Shown here: one piece after another, positions 52,689 through 62,524 of the stretch
How the letters are laid out: the number at the start of each line of letters is the position of its first letter
Position numbering within the stretch: position 1 is the first letter of the stretch
Assembly: GCA_963716395.1 (NCBI GenBank)
Contig: OY970309.1
Span: 1,760,001-1,824,000, forward strand
From: an uncultured Fibrobacteria bacterium
Lineage (GTDB): Bacteria; Fibrobacterota; Fibrobacteria; UBA11236
Direction: 5' to 3'
DNA length: 64,000 bases
The notes under the pieces: generated by a model
What the model saw: only the letters and a program-made list of their open reading frames with translations
Databases searched by the model: none
Told to the model about the DNA's origin: nothing
Program-made: the position numbers and the translations under genes

Positions 52689-55600
52689 ATGAAAATGTTG
52701 AGTGTGAAAAACCTTTCCCGATTAATCCTTTTGTCTACCCTGGCCTTTTTCGCCTGGACCTGCAACGTGTCGGATTCGGGCGGCGATACCATCTTGACCC
52801 TGACCGTGGGCGATTCCCTCAAAGCCGCGTCGGGGAAATACGACTCCATTCAAATCAAGGCGGCGGTGGTGAACGGCTCCGACACCACCTATCTGAAACT
52901 CGTTTTCCATGGCGCCTACAGCGATTCTTCGCAATTGCAAAACCTGAATCTCGGCCGGTTGCCCTCCAACGACTTCACCATCATTCTCGTCGGTTATAGC
53001 CAGGGCTCCACGGCTTTGGTGCTGGAATTGCCTTTCAGCAACGGCAAGGCCGGTACGCCCAAGCTCGACACCTTGATTGCGCCACCCGATACGACGCATC
53101 CCCAAAGTCAAAAGCTGCTGATGTGGCTGGCCCCGCCCGACAGCGGGACCTCCTTGTTTCATACCGTTGAGGGCAAGACGCTTTCTTTCCGCGTTATGGC
53201 CAAGGATTCCAACACCAAAGACAGCACGACTTTGCTGCAGATTCAGAATCTATTCCCCGCCGATTGCGGAGTCCCAAGCTATGACACAACCAGCGGAGCC
53301 TTCAGCTTCAAACCCGCCTTTGCCTGCGTGGATTCGGGAGGCGGTTCGGTAAGCGCCGCTCTCAAGTTCTTGGCCAAAGACCAAAGCCATCCCCCGGTTT
53401 ACGACACCTTGAGCGTATCGGTTCAAGTGCTCGACTTCAACAGCGCACCCAAGTGGAAAGTGGACACGGTCAGCCTTACCGGCAAACAGGGCAAAAACGT
53501 ATCGCTGGCTCTCGACAGCCTGTATCTCGGCGATGCCGAAGGCGACTCGGTGGCTTTCACCGCCTCGCTGGGGGTCATGACGCAAAACCCGCTTGCCTGG
53601 AGCTTCACCCCCTCGTTCTCGGATTCGGGCATGAAAACCGTATCGCTCACAGCCACCGATAACCATCACCCTCCGGCGTCATCTTCTTTGGCTCTTAAGC
53701 TCACCATCCAAGACTCGGTGCGCCCGTTTAATGTCATTATCACGTCGCCGCAAAACGGCTATGTGACGCGCGACAGTGTCATCGCCGTGCGTTGGAGTGT
53801 GAACGGCGCGGCGCAAACCACCAATACCACCGAGCATTTGCTGGAAGGTCAAAACGGGGTGGTACGCAGCTACCATGACAACCTGACGAACGCGACGTAT
53901 TCGGATTCCATCACGGTGACGCGCGACACGGTGCCGCCGAACAAACCGGTGGTAAGCGCCGTGTCGCCGACCAACAACCCTACGCCCACCTGGGCTTGGA
54001 AAACGGGCGGAGGCGGCGACGGTTATTTTCGCCATCGGCTCGACACGGCTTCCTTCGTGGATACGGTGGGAACGAAAGATTCCTCGTTCACGCCGTCCAC
54101 CAATCTGGTTGCCGGAACCCATGTTCTCTATGTGGAAGAGCGCGATGATGCCGGCAATTGGTCGGCTCTGTCCGCCGACTCGGTGCGTATCATCTTGACC
54201 GGCCCGGTGGTGGTCATCACTTCCCCAGCCAACAATTACGTGACCCGGCAAGCCAGTGTGTCGGTAGCTTGGACGGTGAATGGCATGGCGCAGACGCCAG
54301 TGATTAAGAGCCTGGTGGAAGGGCCGAATGTGCTCAAGGTGACGGGTCAGGATTCGGCCGGGAATCAAGGTTCGGATTCGATTACGGTAACACGGGATAC
54401 GGTCCCGCCCAATAAGCCGGTGGTGACCGGTCCGGGGCTGACCAATAGTTTGAAGCCGACATGGACCTGGCATAGCGGCGGCGGCAACGGCAGCGGGTAT
54501 TACCGGTTCAAGCTGGATGATACCACGGCATTCACCGACACCTTGGGATTAAACGACAGTTCCTATACGCCGACCGCGAATCTTTCCAACGGAACCCACA
54601 CCTTGTATGTGCAGGAACGCGACGCCGTGGGTAACTGGTCGGTGACAGGCAGCGGCGCCGCCAACGTGGATACCACGCATCCGGCCATCGCCATCACCTC
54701 GCCGCCCAACAATTACGTGACCCGGCAAACGAGCGTGACGGTAAGCTGGACTTTGAGCAATGTGGCGCAGACGCCGGTGATTAAGAACCTGGTGGAAGGG
54801 GCGAACACCCTGACCGTGTCGGGAGCGGATTCAGCGGGGAACAGTGTTTCCGCTTCAATTACGGTCACACGGGATACGGTACCACCCAACAAACCCGTAG
54901 TCACGGGTCCGGGGCTGACCAATAATCTGAAGCCGACGTGGACTTGGCATAGCGGCGGGGACAGCGGCAACGGGTATTACCGCTATAGGTTGGACACCGC
55001 GACCTTTACGGACACCACGGGCCTGGCGGACAGTTCCTATACTCCCGGCACCAACCTCAAACAAGGCCGACATGTGCTTTATCGTCGAAGAACGCGACGT
55101 CGCCGGCAATTGGTCGGCCATGGACAGCAGCGGTATCGCGCAGATCGACACCACAAAACCGGTGGTGAAAATCACTTCACCCACGGCGGGTATCCTGACC
55201 AATGCCAATTCCATCGCCGTGGTATGGACGGTAAATAGTGTGGTGCAAACCCAAAACGACTCGGAAAATCTTACGGGTAAATCGGGTTCGGTGAAAATCG
55301 TGCGTTCGTTTTCCGACAGTCTGGGAAATACCGGGGCAGATTCGGTGACTATTACGGTCGACCATTCGGTGCCGAATGCGCCCTCAATGACAGGACCGAC
55401 TACCCCGACCCGAAATACAACGCCAACTTGGTATTGGAGTACCGGAGGCGGCAGCGGCAATTACCAATATCAAATGGATGCCGCGGGGTGGATGCCAACG
55501 ATCTCGCTTAGCTTCACTCCGGCCAGCGCCCTGAGCTACGGAACGCATACACTATACGTGCAGGAGAAGAATGCTGCAGGTACGTGGTCGGCATCGGCTT

Positions 55601-56952
55601 CGGCGGCAGTATTGATTAAAGCCGCACCTTTGGCGCCGAATGTATCGGTTAACGCAACCTTGACCAATGCGCCCCAATGGACATGGGCCGCGGCAGCAAA
55701 CAGCGGGGGCGATGGCACTTTTGCTTATTCACTCGATAACGCAGCCTATTCCACTGCGCAAAATTTGGCGCGGTATGCCCCGACATTAAGCGACGGATCA
55801 CATACGCTCTGTGTTGAGGAACATGATGTATTGGGACTCGGCGCCGCGGGATGCAAAACTTTGCAAGTCGATCTTACCGCGCCCGCTCTTGCCATTACCG
55901 CGCCGACCGGAATGGCCGCCGTTTTTTCGGGAACGCCGGCCACTACGGGAACCGCTTCGGATGCCAACGGGATCAAGACGTCGACTTATAGCTTAAATGG
56001 GGGGTCGGCTCAAACTTTGACCGTCAGCAACGGGACGTGGTCGTTTGCTCCGACATGGATTGAAGGCCAAAATATTCTATCCGTAACAATTACCGATAAC
56101 GCCGGGAACATAAATATTCAGAAGGATACTGTGTATAAACGATCTCATGTAGTATTTGTTCGCAAAGGTGCGATTGGGACCGGAGATGGGACTTCGTGGG
56201 CTAACGCTTATCCAGAAATGAGCACAGCTTTTAACGCCTGGGGAAAAAATCCTCGGGGAACCCAAGTTTGGGTAGCAGCAGGTACTTATATACCGTTAAA
56301 TGGCGGTGGTTTGAATATCGATTCCTCTATCGCAGTATACGGGGGGTTTCCATCGGATGGTAGTGCTAACGCAATAACCATGAGGAACGTTTCGTCATAT
56401 CAGACCGATGTTCAAGATCCTGTCAACGGCGGAAACCTTTTATACTTGGGCGGCAACAATATTACGATAAACGGGTTCATTTTTGAACAAGCCAATAGCG
56501 TTGCAGTTATTAGCGGTTCACAAATTAATATAGTTAACTGCACAATACGTAAATTTACCAAAACCAATAGTATCCCATTAATGATTACTTCAGATGGTTC
56601 TACTTTGGTAGATAGCTGTAACTTCACAAGTAATCAAACCACCGAAATTGGTGCTTTAGTTGGATCGGGGTTTACACTAAGTAACTCTCAGTTCCAAAAT
56701 AACACATCCAATAATATTGGCGGATATAGTGGCGGGGCAATGCAAATTTACGGAGGAACGGTGAAAATGTTTGGCACCGTATTTTCACAAAATTATGGTA
56801 CTGACCCCTCGAATAGCCTGAATAATATTCAGGTATATGTTTATAGCGGAACGTTAAATTATCAGACCGGCACCGTGTATTTTAATGAGGTAAACAATAC
56901 TAATTCCGGTATCTCAACTGCTGGGGGTACGGGAGTGGCCGATTCCTATTAA
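52689..56952 (+). CDS. Large Ig-like repeat surface lipoprotein with C-terminal beta-helix-like domain; one extra base at 55083 splits it (about 1420 aa if joined)
   Basis: Lipobox FAWTC; repeats DSITVTRDTVPPNKPVV...GTH.LYV.ERD..GNWS; HVLY-c-VEERD frameshift; C-terminus GDGTSWANAY...VWVAAGTY...YGGF and Asn-rich coils. Confidence 0.82.
53900..55350 (+). repeat. Three tandem intragenic repeats of about 475 bp (two Ig-like domains each)
   Basis: VTRDTVPPNKPVV codons begin at 53916, 54387 and 54864. Confidence 0.8.
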
Positions 56953-56985
56953 ATTTCCCGTTTGACTGTGAATTTATGACCCTTA

Positions 56986-59640
56986 ATGCCTAATCCCGCC
57001 CCCACCCCCGTTGACACCTTACCCTATCCGGCGCCTTGCTGCCGGGATTGCCAATGGAAACCCTGCCGTTACCTGGGTGGCAGCCCGCGCATACGGGGCT
57101 TTCACTACCTCGGCCCCTGGCCCAGGCTGCCGAAGGATTGCCCGGCCTGGCTGAAAAACCAGACACATCTGGATCTCGAAAAGGTTTTGCAAAGACTGAA
57201 CCGCAACGAGTTGGAAGAGCTTTACCGCACCGGACCTCCCCGCGTCACGGGATATCCGCTCCGCCCCGAAGATTCTCCCCTTCACCTTCTCGCCCACGAA
57301 ATTCCCCATCACCGGGAATCGTGGCTGGTGGTCGCGCCCGGCTCGCATCTCGACCATGCCGTGCATGCCCTGTACTGGGCCTATACGCGCGCCTTGGCCC
57401 GCGCCAACCCTAAAAGGAAAAAGGTCGAGGATGTAGATGCAGCGGCGGCGCAAAGCAAGGAGGCAGAACCGGCGCTTTTGAACCCCGGTTTTGTAAGCAT
57501 CGAGGATGAGAAAAAACCCGGCAGTCCCGAAACCACCATCACCGAGGCTGACATCGGAGAGGTGGTGCATCTCAAAGTGGATACCCAAGGCTTGCAACCC
57601 GCCGATAACATATTGTTCCAGATATTCCTCAAGGGTGAGAACGGGCAGGCGGATGTTTTCATTGAAAACGTATTCGGCAACGCCGGTAAAACCAAATACG
57701 GAAGCGATTGGACCACGCGCGAAGATGACGCCGCCGCGGTGCATTACCATATCGGCGACGGTCATGCGGAAAGAAAATACCGGCCGGGAAAAGACACCCT
57801 CTACTTCATCGCCAAGGTAAAGTCAAAAGGGCTGGAGCAGAGAAGCGGTGCGCTGCAACTGACGAAGACCGAAGAAGCGATTCTGTATTATTGGCCCGGC
57901 GATGCGGATAATGAAGGTGAATATCTCCTGTTGGAAAAAAGCGATGACATCGACGACGTGATGACCGAAGCCGGAACCATGAATTCAACTCGTGAAAAAC
58001 TGATGGAAGCGCGTGCGGCTGCCGGCGTCGATGCCAAGGAAAAAGCCGACAAGGTTTCGGATGCGGCCGAAAAGATGGACTCTTTGTTGAACGAAGCCGC
58101 GCCCGATCCCGAAAAAGCCTTGCTGGAACTTTATCTGGTCAAAAAGGGTGCGCGAAAAGAAAAAAGTCTGAAAAGTCTGATTTATATCCGTTCCCATCTC
58201 CGTAACGGCAAGCAAGCCCGAGGCCATTGGGCCAAAGAGCGCGACGCCACGGTGCGCAAGCAATTGGAGAAAGCCAAAAAAGATGAGGACAAGCGTGTTT
58301 CTCAGGAATTTAAGGTCAAGCTTTGGGATTGGCATAAGGAAGAATCGGGATCCTGGTTACCGCACTGGAAATTTGCGCAGAAAACCTTTTCATCGGAAAA
58401 ACCGGCCCAGCCTGGCGAGCGGTTTTCCGGTGCGGCGGAAGCGCAATTCGCACGGTTTTATGCGGGCGCAAAAAGTTCCGCGGATTTTGATCTGAAAGAC
58501 GCCAAGGTCGATTTCGGCGGTTCCGCCGAAGTTTCGGTGTCTTTGGTGCAAGGCAAGGCCAAAGGCACCTGGCAATTACCCAATGATCACGGCATCAATC
58601 TTTTTCCCAAATTCACCGGAACCGATAAAGCTGAAGCCGCAGCCGTGGGCAAGGAATTGCGACTGCGACTGGCGGTATCTTTGCAGGCCTATGGGTTCGT
58701 GGGAGTCTCGGCTTCAGCGGCCTTGCATTTTCCCAACTTGGATTTGGGTGGCAAAAAAGCCCCGCCTTTGCGTAAGCCTGCTTCCGATCCAAGCGGGAAA
58801 TTCGACGCCAATGTTTCCGGCGACGGCCAAGCCTTTGCGGGGGCCTCAGCCGGCGGCGGCGTAGAACTGGATTTGCAATGGGGCAAAACCGCCCAGTTTT
58901 TCGACAGCCTCGGCGATATGGAATTTACCGCGGATGCCTGTTTTGGAGCGGGCGGTGCAATCGGATTTATGATCGGATTCAAAGACGGCAAATTTCATAT
59001 TGAAATGAAGGCTGGTTTGGTGACGGGGCTTGGTGCCAAGGGATTCGTGAACGTGGCCGTGAGTGCCGAAGAAATGCTGAAGATATTGGGCTATTGTTTT
59101 AAAAACGTAAATCACCATTATCTCGACAATGTGCAACCCGATGCCTTTGATAATTATGTGGCCTATGGGTTCTGGCTGGCGGTGAAATACGTTCCGGAAT
59201 TGCGGGAGTCATTCGAAGTGTTTACCGGAGCCTCGGCCTTCACCAATTGGCTGGAAACCACGGGAAGCAAAATTTTTGGGGATCACGATACGAAAAAGGA
59301 TTTATTGGAATCTCTGCTCCAAAACGACAAGGCGCTGCATCAATGTGCACCGCAAACACTGGGTCAGATTTTGCGGACCATTATGGTGAGCCATGAAGAT
59401 GGGGACGAAGACAAAATCATCCACGTGCTTTCTATTCCAGAATCGGATCATGAATTCAAATGGACGATTCGCTGGGCTTCGGGGTTGGAGGAGTTGGACC
59501 ATGCGGTGCGCATTAACAAACACGTGAGCGATGATTTGAAGAAGCGGACATTAGAAGCGGGAGCAAATCGGATTAAAGGATTTAGCGATAAAGAAAACTA
59601 TCAAAAACAAATCAGTAGGCTGTTTGATGGTTCGAGATAA
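56986..59640 (+). CDS. Putative polymorphic toxin / effector, 884 aa
   Basis: No signal peptide; Cys-rich N-terminus, Gly/Ala-rich beta-strand region, helical C-terminus that is duplicated as a variant downstream; followed by YwqK/MORN genes. Confidence 0.65.
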   Translation: MPNPAPTPVDTLPYPAPCCRDCQWKPCRYLGGSPRIRGFHYLGPWPRLPKDCPAWLKNQTHLDLEKVLQRLNRNELEELYRTGPPRVTGYPLRPEDSPLHLLAHEIPHHRESWLVVAPGSHLDHAVHALYWAYTRALARANPKRKKVEDVDAAAAQSKEAEPALLNPGFVSIEDEKKPGSPETTITEADIGEVVHLKVDTQGLQPADNILFQIFLKGENGQADVFIENVFGNAGKTKYGSDWTTREDDAAAVHYHIGDGHAERKYRPGKDTLYFIAKVKSKGLEQRSGALQLTKTEEAILYYWPGDADNEGEYLLLEKSDDIDDVMTEAGTMNSTREKLMEARAAAGVDAKEKADKVSDAAEKMDSLLNEAAPDPEKALLELYLVKKGARKEKSLKSLIYIRSHLRNGKQARGHWAKERDATVRKQLEKAKKDEDKRVSQEFKVKLWDWHKEESGSWLPHWKFAQKTFSSEKPAQPGERFSGAAEAQFARFYAGAKSSADFDLKDAKVDFGGSAEVSVSLVQGKAKGTWQLPNDHGINLFPKFTGTDKAEAAAVGKELRLRLAVSLQAYGFVGVSASAALHFPNLDLGGKKAPPLRKPASDPSGKFDANVSGDGQAFAGASAGGGVELDLQWGKTAQFFDSLGDMEFTADACFGAGGAIGFMIGFKDGKFHIEMKAGLVTGLGAKGFVNVAVSAEEMLKILGYCFKNVNHHYLDNVQPDAFDNYVAYGFWLAVKYVPELRESFEVFTGASAFTNWLETTGSKIFGDHDTKKDLLESLLQNDKALHQCAPQTLGQILRTIMVSHEDGDEDKIIHVLSIPESDHEFKWTIRWASGLEELDHAVRINKHVSDDLKKRTLEAGANRIKGFSDKENYQKQISRLFDGSR

Positions 59641-59644
59641 TAAA

Positions 59645-60464
59645 ATGACTACAACATATTTAATCTTCTTTACAGCAATTTTTGGTTCAAGCGGTATTCC
59701 GGAAAAGTGCATTGAAAAAAAAATAGGAATTAATATCAGGCAAGAGTGTCTCACATTTTATTCAAATGGAAACAAAAAAGACAGTAGTACTACAATTATT
59801 ATTCCAGGCAAAAAACAAGGCTTTCATGATAGTGAATATGTTGCAGACGGGGAACAAAAAACATGGTATCGATCAGGCCGATTAAAATGGGTTGCCAAGT
59901 ATAAAATGGATTGTTTGGTGGATACAAATCTTCGAATATTATGAAAATGGAAATCCATGGTATATCGAACCCTATAAGGACTGCAAAAGAAACGGCCTTT
60001 CCCAACGCTTCGATTCAACCGGCGGATTGCTTTTTGAGGGCGAATTCAAAAACGGTGATCAAATTGGGTTGCAAAAGGAATTCTGGCGCAAAGGCGTATT
60101 GAAAGATGAATCGTTTTACAACGATTCCCAAACTCGGGTGGATTGGGAAAAATCGTGGTATATCAGCGGAAAATTAAGGCGAGATATGAAAATTAGTGGC
60201 GAGATAAAAGAAATCAAAAATTACGCCCCGAACGGAAAACTGGTTCAGCACACCCACGCCAAAGCGGCAGATGGGAATCTGATTACTGGCGAAAGTTTCG
60301 ATCCCGACGGAAAACCCACGGGCAAGGTGACGCAGGGCAACGGCTCGCTGACCACCATCGGTTTCAACGATTCGACCCTGGTCATGTATTCGAAGTACAG
60401 CTATAACTACAAAGACGGGTGGCCGGGCAAGATGAAACAAATATTCCCGCCGCCGCCGAAATGA
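59645..60464 (+). CDS. YwqK/MORN-variant repeat protein, putative immunity allele 1; one extra base near 59928
   Basis: Hydrophobic N-terminus; FYSNG, DGEQKTWYRSG, YYENG, GEFKNG, YAPNGK repeats; joins ORFs 59624-59944 and 59892-60464 by alignment to allele 2. Confidence 0.78.
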
Positions 60465-61186
60465 ATTCGCCGGATGCCTGTTTTGGAGCGGGCGGTGCAA
60501 TCGGATTTATGATCGGATTCAAAGACGGCAAATTTCATATTGAAATGAAGGCTGGTTTGGTGACGGGGCTTGGTGCCAAGGGATTCGTGAACGTGGCCGC
60601 GAGTGCCGAAGAAATGCTGAAGATATTGGGCTATTGTTTTAAAAACGTAAATCACCATTATCTCGACAATGTGCAACCCGATGCCTTTGATAATTATGTG
60701 GCCTATGGATTCTGGCTGGCGGTGAAATATGTTCCGGAATTGCGGGAGTCGTTCGAAGTGTTTACCGGAGCCTCGGCCTTCACCAATTGGCTGGAAACCA
60801 CGGGAAGCAAAATTTTTGGTAAAAGCATAAATAAAGATCAGCTGCTTGAATCCCTGCTTCAAAACGATGAGGCACTGCATCAATGTGCTCCGCAAACCCT
60901 GGGTCAGATTTTGCGGACCATTATGGTGAGCCATGAAGATGGGGACGAAGACAAAATCATCCACGTGCTTTCTATTCCAGAATCGGATCATGAATTCAAA
61001 TGGACGATTCGCTGGGCTTCGGGGTTGGAGGAGTTGGACCATGCGGTGCGCATTAACAAACACATGAGCGATGATTTAAAGAAGAGAGCGTTGGAGGAAG
61101 GGATTACAGCACTAAAATCGTTCGGCGACTTCCCAAAAAATCCAGAGAATCTATTAGCAATATTCAGCAAATTCGGCTTGCAATGA
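60461..61186 (+). CDS. Orphan effector C-terminal fragment, variant allele (241 aa)
   Basis: Near-identical to the effector C-terminus from DACFGAGG onward but with a different internal patch and tail; in-frame ATG overlaps the previous stop (ATGA). Confidence 0.75.
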   Translation: MNSPDACFGAGGAIGFMIGFKDGKFHIEMKAGLVTGLGAKGFVNVAASAEEMLKILGYCFKNVNHHYLDNVQPDAFDNYVAYGFWLAVKYVPELRESFEVFTGASAFTNWLETTGSKIFGKSINKDQLLESLLQNDEALHQCAPQTLGQILRTIMVSHEDGDEDKIIHVLSIPESDHEFKWTIRWASGLEELDHAVRINKHMSDDLKKRALEEGITALKSFGDFPKNPENLLAIFSKFGLQ

Positions 61187-62022
61187 AGTTAACAGTTATT
61201 TTGACAACACTTTCCACTTTAATTGCCCAGGAATCGGAGTTGAAAAAATGTGAGATCAAAAAGGATGGTTCAAAAATCGTTCAAACTTGCGTTTCCTTCT
61301 ATAAAAACGGTGCGCAAAAAGATAGCTCAAATGAGTTAGTACTTCCGGGCCATAAATGGGGTGTTCATGATAGCGAATACTTGCTCGACGGAGAAGCAAA
61401 ACATTGGTATCCGAGTGGAAATTTGAAAAGTCGGTCAATGTTCAGAGCCGATAGAACATTTGAATTTGGTTGTTCTATCGACACGTCGTTCGCTTTTTAT
61501 CCAAATGGGAAAGAAGAAGAAATTATTCCTTATAAAGGCTGTAAGCGAAACGGCCTTTCCCAACGCTTCGATTCAACCGGCGGATTGCTTTTTGAGGGCG
61601 AATTCAAAAACGGGAAAAAAGTCGGCTTGCAAAAAGAATTCTGGCGTAAAGGTGTACCCAAACATGAAATGTTTTATGATAGCTCAACTTTTAAGGCTAA
61701 CGAGGAAAAGTCCTGGTACATCAACGGCAAATTGAGCGAAGAAATAAGCATCGAAAACGGCATCGAAGAAACAAGAGATTACGCCCCAAACGGAAAACTG
61801 GTTCAGCACACCCACGCCAAAGCGGCAGATGGGAATCTGATTACTGGCGAAAGTTTCGATCCCGACGGAAAACCCACGGGCAAGGTGACGCAGGGCAACG
61901 GCTCGCTGACCACCATTGGTTTCAACGATTCGACCCTGGTCATGTATTCGAAGTACAGCTATAACTACAAAGACGGGTGGCCGGGGAAGATGAAACAACT
62001 ATTCCCGCCGCCGCCGAAATGA
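61183..62022 (+). CDS. YwqK/MORN-variant repeat protein, putative immunity allele 2
   Basis: Signal-like MKLTVILTTLSTLIA; WYPSG, FYPNG, WYING, YAPNG repeats; C-terminal ~80 aa nearly identical to allele 1. Confidence 0.82.
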   Translation: MKLTVILTTLSTLIAQESELKKCEIKKDGSKIVQTCVSFYKNGAQKDSSNELVLPGHKWGVHDSEYLLDGEAKHWYPSGNLKSRSMFRADRTFEFGCSIDTSFAFYPNGKEEEIIPYKGCKRNGLSQRFDSTGGLLFEGEFKNGKKVGLQKEFWRKGVPKHEMFYDSSTFKANEEKSWYINGKLSEEISIENGIEETRDYAPNGKLVQHTHAKAADGNLITGESFDPDGKPTGKVTQGNGSLTTIGFNDSTLVMYSKYSYNYKDGWPGKMKQLFPPPPK

Positions 62023-62215
62023 ATTCGCCGGATGCCGCCTGCAGATCGATCCGTTTTGCCGATCAAAGACAACAACGGCCATACCGCCCTGGTCGAAGCC
62101 GAACGCTGCGGGAAAAAAGCGAACGCCGATTTTTTACTCCGAGCGATGGGAAAATAAACCCCGACCCGGCCTTGCGGCCGGCGCCGGGATTGGGACCGAA
62201 CCGAAAACGCGACGG

Positions 62216-62404
62216 CTAGGCCGTCACATCCACGCTTCCGCCCACGCCGGGCATATTGGGAGCGCTGCCGGCCGGAGCCAGGGAATTGAGAAGGTCCGAG
62301 TTTTCCTGTTGCGACAAGTCCTGACCCTTTTTGAGCAATGTTGCATCCTTGCTGCTCATGTTCTGGGTGTCGGTGCTTTGGGTGACGGCGGATAATGGTG
62401 ACAT
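62216..62404 (-). CDS. YjfB-family putative motility protein
   Basis: LLKKGQD..QQ...LLNSL...GVGGSVDVTA fits the YjfB pattern; strong RBS AAGGAGG. Confidence 0.7.
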   Translation of the reverse strand: MSPLSAVTQSTDTQNMSSKDATLLKKGQDLSQQENSDLLNSLAPAGSAPNMPGVGGSVDVTA

Positions 62405-62524
62405 GCTGTTCCTCCTTGTCTTCGCATCTTAGAGCCCGGAAAGCGCGGCGACAAGTCGGAATGCCGGTAATTTCTCCCCGTGGTTTTCGGACTTTGAGGG
62501 GTCCCGTTGAGTAAATTAGGCCAG

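Larger units (their letters stand above)
58931..62036 (+). repeat. Tandem duplication (units 58931-60470 and 60471-62028) with CGGATGCC at all three junctions
   Basis: CGGATGCC at 58931, 60471 and 62029; long near-identical blocks shared between the units. Confidence 0.92.

Noticed and set aside
55070-55090. Programmed ribosomal frameshift in the Ig-repeat gene (also considered for secA)
   Set aside because: No slippery heptamer or long homopolymer at either site; a single-base indel is simpler.
58931-62036. Diversity-generating retroelement (template/variable repeat) explanation for the duplicated units
   Set aside because: No reverse transcriptase in the window; differences are block-like, include indels and are not restricted to adenines.
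61977-62219. 80-aa ORF after the second immunity gene as a third toxin fragment
   Set aside because: Similarity to the effector ends right after CGGATGCC (62036); the rest is unrelated.
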